NCBI GenBank assembly: GCA_040256005.1
Contig: JBDZWC010000046.1
Span: 1 to 19,821, forward strand
Reading direction: 5' to 3'
Length of the DNA stretch: 19,821 nucleotides
Source of the DNA: Deinococcaceae bacterium
Lineage (GTDB): Bacteria; Deinococcota; Deinococci; Deinococcales; Trueperaceae
Made by a program: the position numbers and the translations under genes
The notes under the pieces: model-generated
The model's database searches: none
What the model was told of the DNA's origin: nothing
What the model saw: the letters and a program-made list of their open reading frames with translations, nothing else
Shown: piece after piece, positions 18,225-19,821 of the stretch
How positions within the stretch are numbered: position 1 is the stretch's first letter
Layout: the number at the start of each line of letters is the position of its first letter

Positions 18225-18273
18225 CGCCACGCTCGTGGCGACCAACACCAGGCGGGCGCCTCGGGCCCGCGCC
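18225..18273. terminator. two GC-rich hairpins between convergent ppsA and the phosphoesterase gene
   Basis: CGCCAC-gctc-GTGGCG (18225-18240) and GCGGGC..GCCCGC (18252-18270). No U-tract. Confidence 0.35.
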
Positions 18274-18284
18274 ATAACAGATGC

Positions 18285-19625
18285 TCAGATGCAGGTCTCG
18301 AAGCCGAAGTCTGTGCCCGAGTAACCATCGGCCGGCACGAACTCGAAGTCGTAGCCGCCGTCGTACAGCGTCAGGTGCAGGACGCCGTACTCCCCGTCGA
18401 TCTGCTTGAGGCTCGTCGGGTAGGCGTCGGAGTTCTCGTACAGGCTGCGTCCACCCGTACCCGAGATGATCACGCGCACGCCGTTCGGGTCCGGGTCGTT
18501 GTTGGGATCCACGGGAGCGAACCGCTCGTAGGAGTGCTCGTCGCCGGTCAGCATGAGGTCCACGCCGGCGGCGTAGGCCGCCGCGAAGAGGTCCGCGACC
18601 TCGGGGCTGTCGCCGTTCCGGCCCTTGTTGAAGCGGGGCTCGTGCAGGGCGACAAGCGTGCACTTCTCGCCTGCGGCCGCCAGCTCGGAGACGAACCACT
18701 GGTACTGGGCCGATCCCTCGTCGCAGCCGCCGACGACGTGCTCGCAGATGGCGTTGAGGGCGATCACCCGCCAGGCTCCGAGGTCGTACGCGTAGTAGCC
18801 CTTGTTCGGGTCGTTGGCGCCTTCGATGCCCTCGGCTTGCAACCGGTCCCACACGCCGTTCTCCGCGAAGTACCCGAAGTAGCCGGCCGCGCTGCCTTCC
18901 GCGTTGTACTCGTGACCGCCGAGGATGGGGTAGACGCGGTCGTTCAGCTGGCCCCAGGAGAGGTGGTACGAGTTCCTGAACGCGCTGAGAGACCCTTCGT
19001 TGTACTGGAGGTCGCCCAGGACGATCACGGCGTCGGGGTCGAGCTCGAGGGCGGCCTTGGCGGTCCACCACTGCATGCACATGTCGTTCGCGCCCATGCC
19101 TTCGTTGAAGTTGGCGTCACCCGGCGTACAGGCGATGTCGCCGACGGCGACGACGGTGACCGGGTCGGGGTCGGGATCGGGATCGGGGTCTGGGTCCGGG
19201 TCCGGGTCCGGGTCCGGGTCAGGCTCGGGGTCCGGATCGGCGGCCTCCACCGTCACGATCGCGAAGTCGTCCGCGGGTGGCTCCGAACCGATGGTCAGGG
19301 TGATCGTTACCTCGCCGGGCTCGGCGGGCGCATGGAACGCGACGGAGAGCCAGTACTCGTCCAGCGGCTCGAGCGTCCCGGCGGTGGCGCTCCAAGCGAC
19401 GGGCTCCACCGGAACCCCGTCGACGGTTGGCACGTTGGCCATGAAATGCACCGTGCCGTCCACGGAGACCGTCGCTTCCGGCGGGCTGATAGAGACCGAG
19501 GGCTCATCGTCCTGGGGCGGCATGAAGAGGTCGCAGGAGGCGAGGACCAGCAGCGCGCCGGTCAACAATGCGGCCTTCACGGCGCTCGCAACGGCCGTCG
19601 CCGACCGGTTCGCTTGACCATCCAT
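18285..19625 (-). CDS. lipoprotein calcineurin-like metallophosphoesterase with Ig-like domain and (DP)n linker
   Basis: Lipobox LAS-C31, then a beta-rich Ig-like segment (VSISP..ATVSVDGTVHF.A..V.WSATAG), a DP repeat, and VAVGDIAC, LGDLQY, LGGHEY, YYAYDLGAWRVIALN, Q..W...L, LHEPRF, LTGDEHSYERFAP, ISGTGG. Start uncertain. Confidence 0.85.
   Translation of the reverse strand: MDGQANRSATAVASAVKAALLTGALLVLASCDLFMPPQDDEPSVSISPPEATVSVDGTVHFMANVPTVDGVPVEPVAWSATAGTLEPLDEYWLSVAFHAPAEPGEVTITLTIGSEPPADDFAIVTVEAADPDPEPDPDPDPDPDPDPDPDPDPDPVTVVAVGDIACTPGDANFNEGMGANDMCMQWWTAKAALELDPDAVIVLGDLQYNEGSLSAFRNSYHLSWGQLNDRVYPILGGHEYNAEGSAAGYFGYFAENGVWDRLQAEGIEGANDPNKGYYAYDLGAWRVIALNAICEHVVGGCDEGSAQYQWFVSELAAAGEKCTLVALHEPRFNKGRNGDSPEVADLFAAAYAAGVDLMLTGDEHSYERFAPVDPNNDPDPNGVRVIISGTGGRSLYENSDAYPTSLKQIDGEYGVLHLTLYDGGYDFEFVPADGYSGTDFGFETCI
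19161..19238 (-). repeat. coding 6-nt tandem repeat encoding about 13 Asp/Glu-Pro dipeptides
   Basis: Degenerate (ccgggt/cgggat/cggggt)n on the + strand translates as DPDPEP(DP)10 on the - strand. Confidence 0.9.
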
Positions 19626-19699
19626 GGACGGATGGTTGCAAGCGGGGCGTGAGTAGCATGTGACTTTTGTGTCCTGGGGTGGCAATCTACGTGGCGAGA

Positions 19700-19734
19700 T
19701 GAGAGCGGCGCCCCTCTCGGAGCGCCGTCCCTCA
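19700..19734 (-). terminator. hairpin 3' of tRNA-Ala, probable terminator
   Basis: Minus strand reads TGAGGG-A-CGGCGCTCC-GAGA-GGGGCGCCG-CTCTCA: 15-bp stem with G-U pairs, one bulge and a GNRA loop, 11 nt after the CCA. No clear U-tract on this strand. Confidence 0.6.
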
Positions 19735-19744
19735 CGCGTTTTCT

Positions 19745-19821
<77 letters not shown>

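Noticed and set aside
19161..19238. CRISPR or non-coding repeat array
   Set aside because: 6-nt unit without spacers, in frame within a CDS.
9181..19652. Long antisense ORFs (9181-10086, 11125-11886, 11729-12838, 16167-17096, 18375-19652, and the poly-GS ORF 19000-19617)
   Set aside because: They mirror real genes and are explained by codon bias. The GS repeat is the reverse reading of the DP repeat.

Overview
GC-rich bacterial window with 15 well-supported CDSs and a tRNA-Ala(CGC) at the right edge. Many genes lack a Shine-Dalgarno site and have a TAnnnT -10 box 5-9 nt before the start codon. This leaderless pattern, plus the regulator type, suggests Deinococcota (inference only). Left half (accessory-type genes): AfsR/SARP-like wHTH-BTAD/NB-ARC/TPR regulator, NmrA-like protein, apparently internally deleted serine hydrolase, membrane-anchored ABC1/UbiB kinase, and a co-oriented run of YbjQ, lysyl-oxidase-like lipoprotein and CPBP protease. 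Right half: gndA, SAM methyltransferase, ZIP transporter, fbaB, an orphan ABC exporter, divergent ppsR/ppsA, a lipoprotein metallophosphoesterase with a (DP)n linker and non-canonical metal motifs, and the tRNA. The best novelty candidates are the lysyl oxidase-like lipoprotein locus, the altered phosphoesterase active site and a possible SARP-type operator at the left edge. I saw no integrase, transposase, CRISPR array or att duplication. All family calls come from motif recognition by eye, with no database searches.
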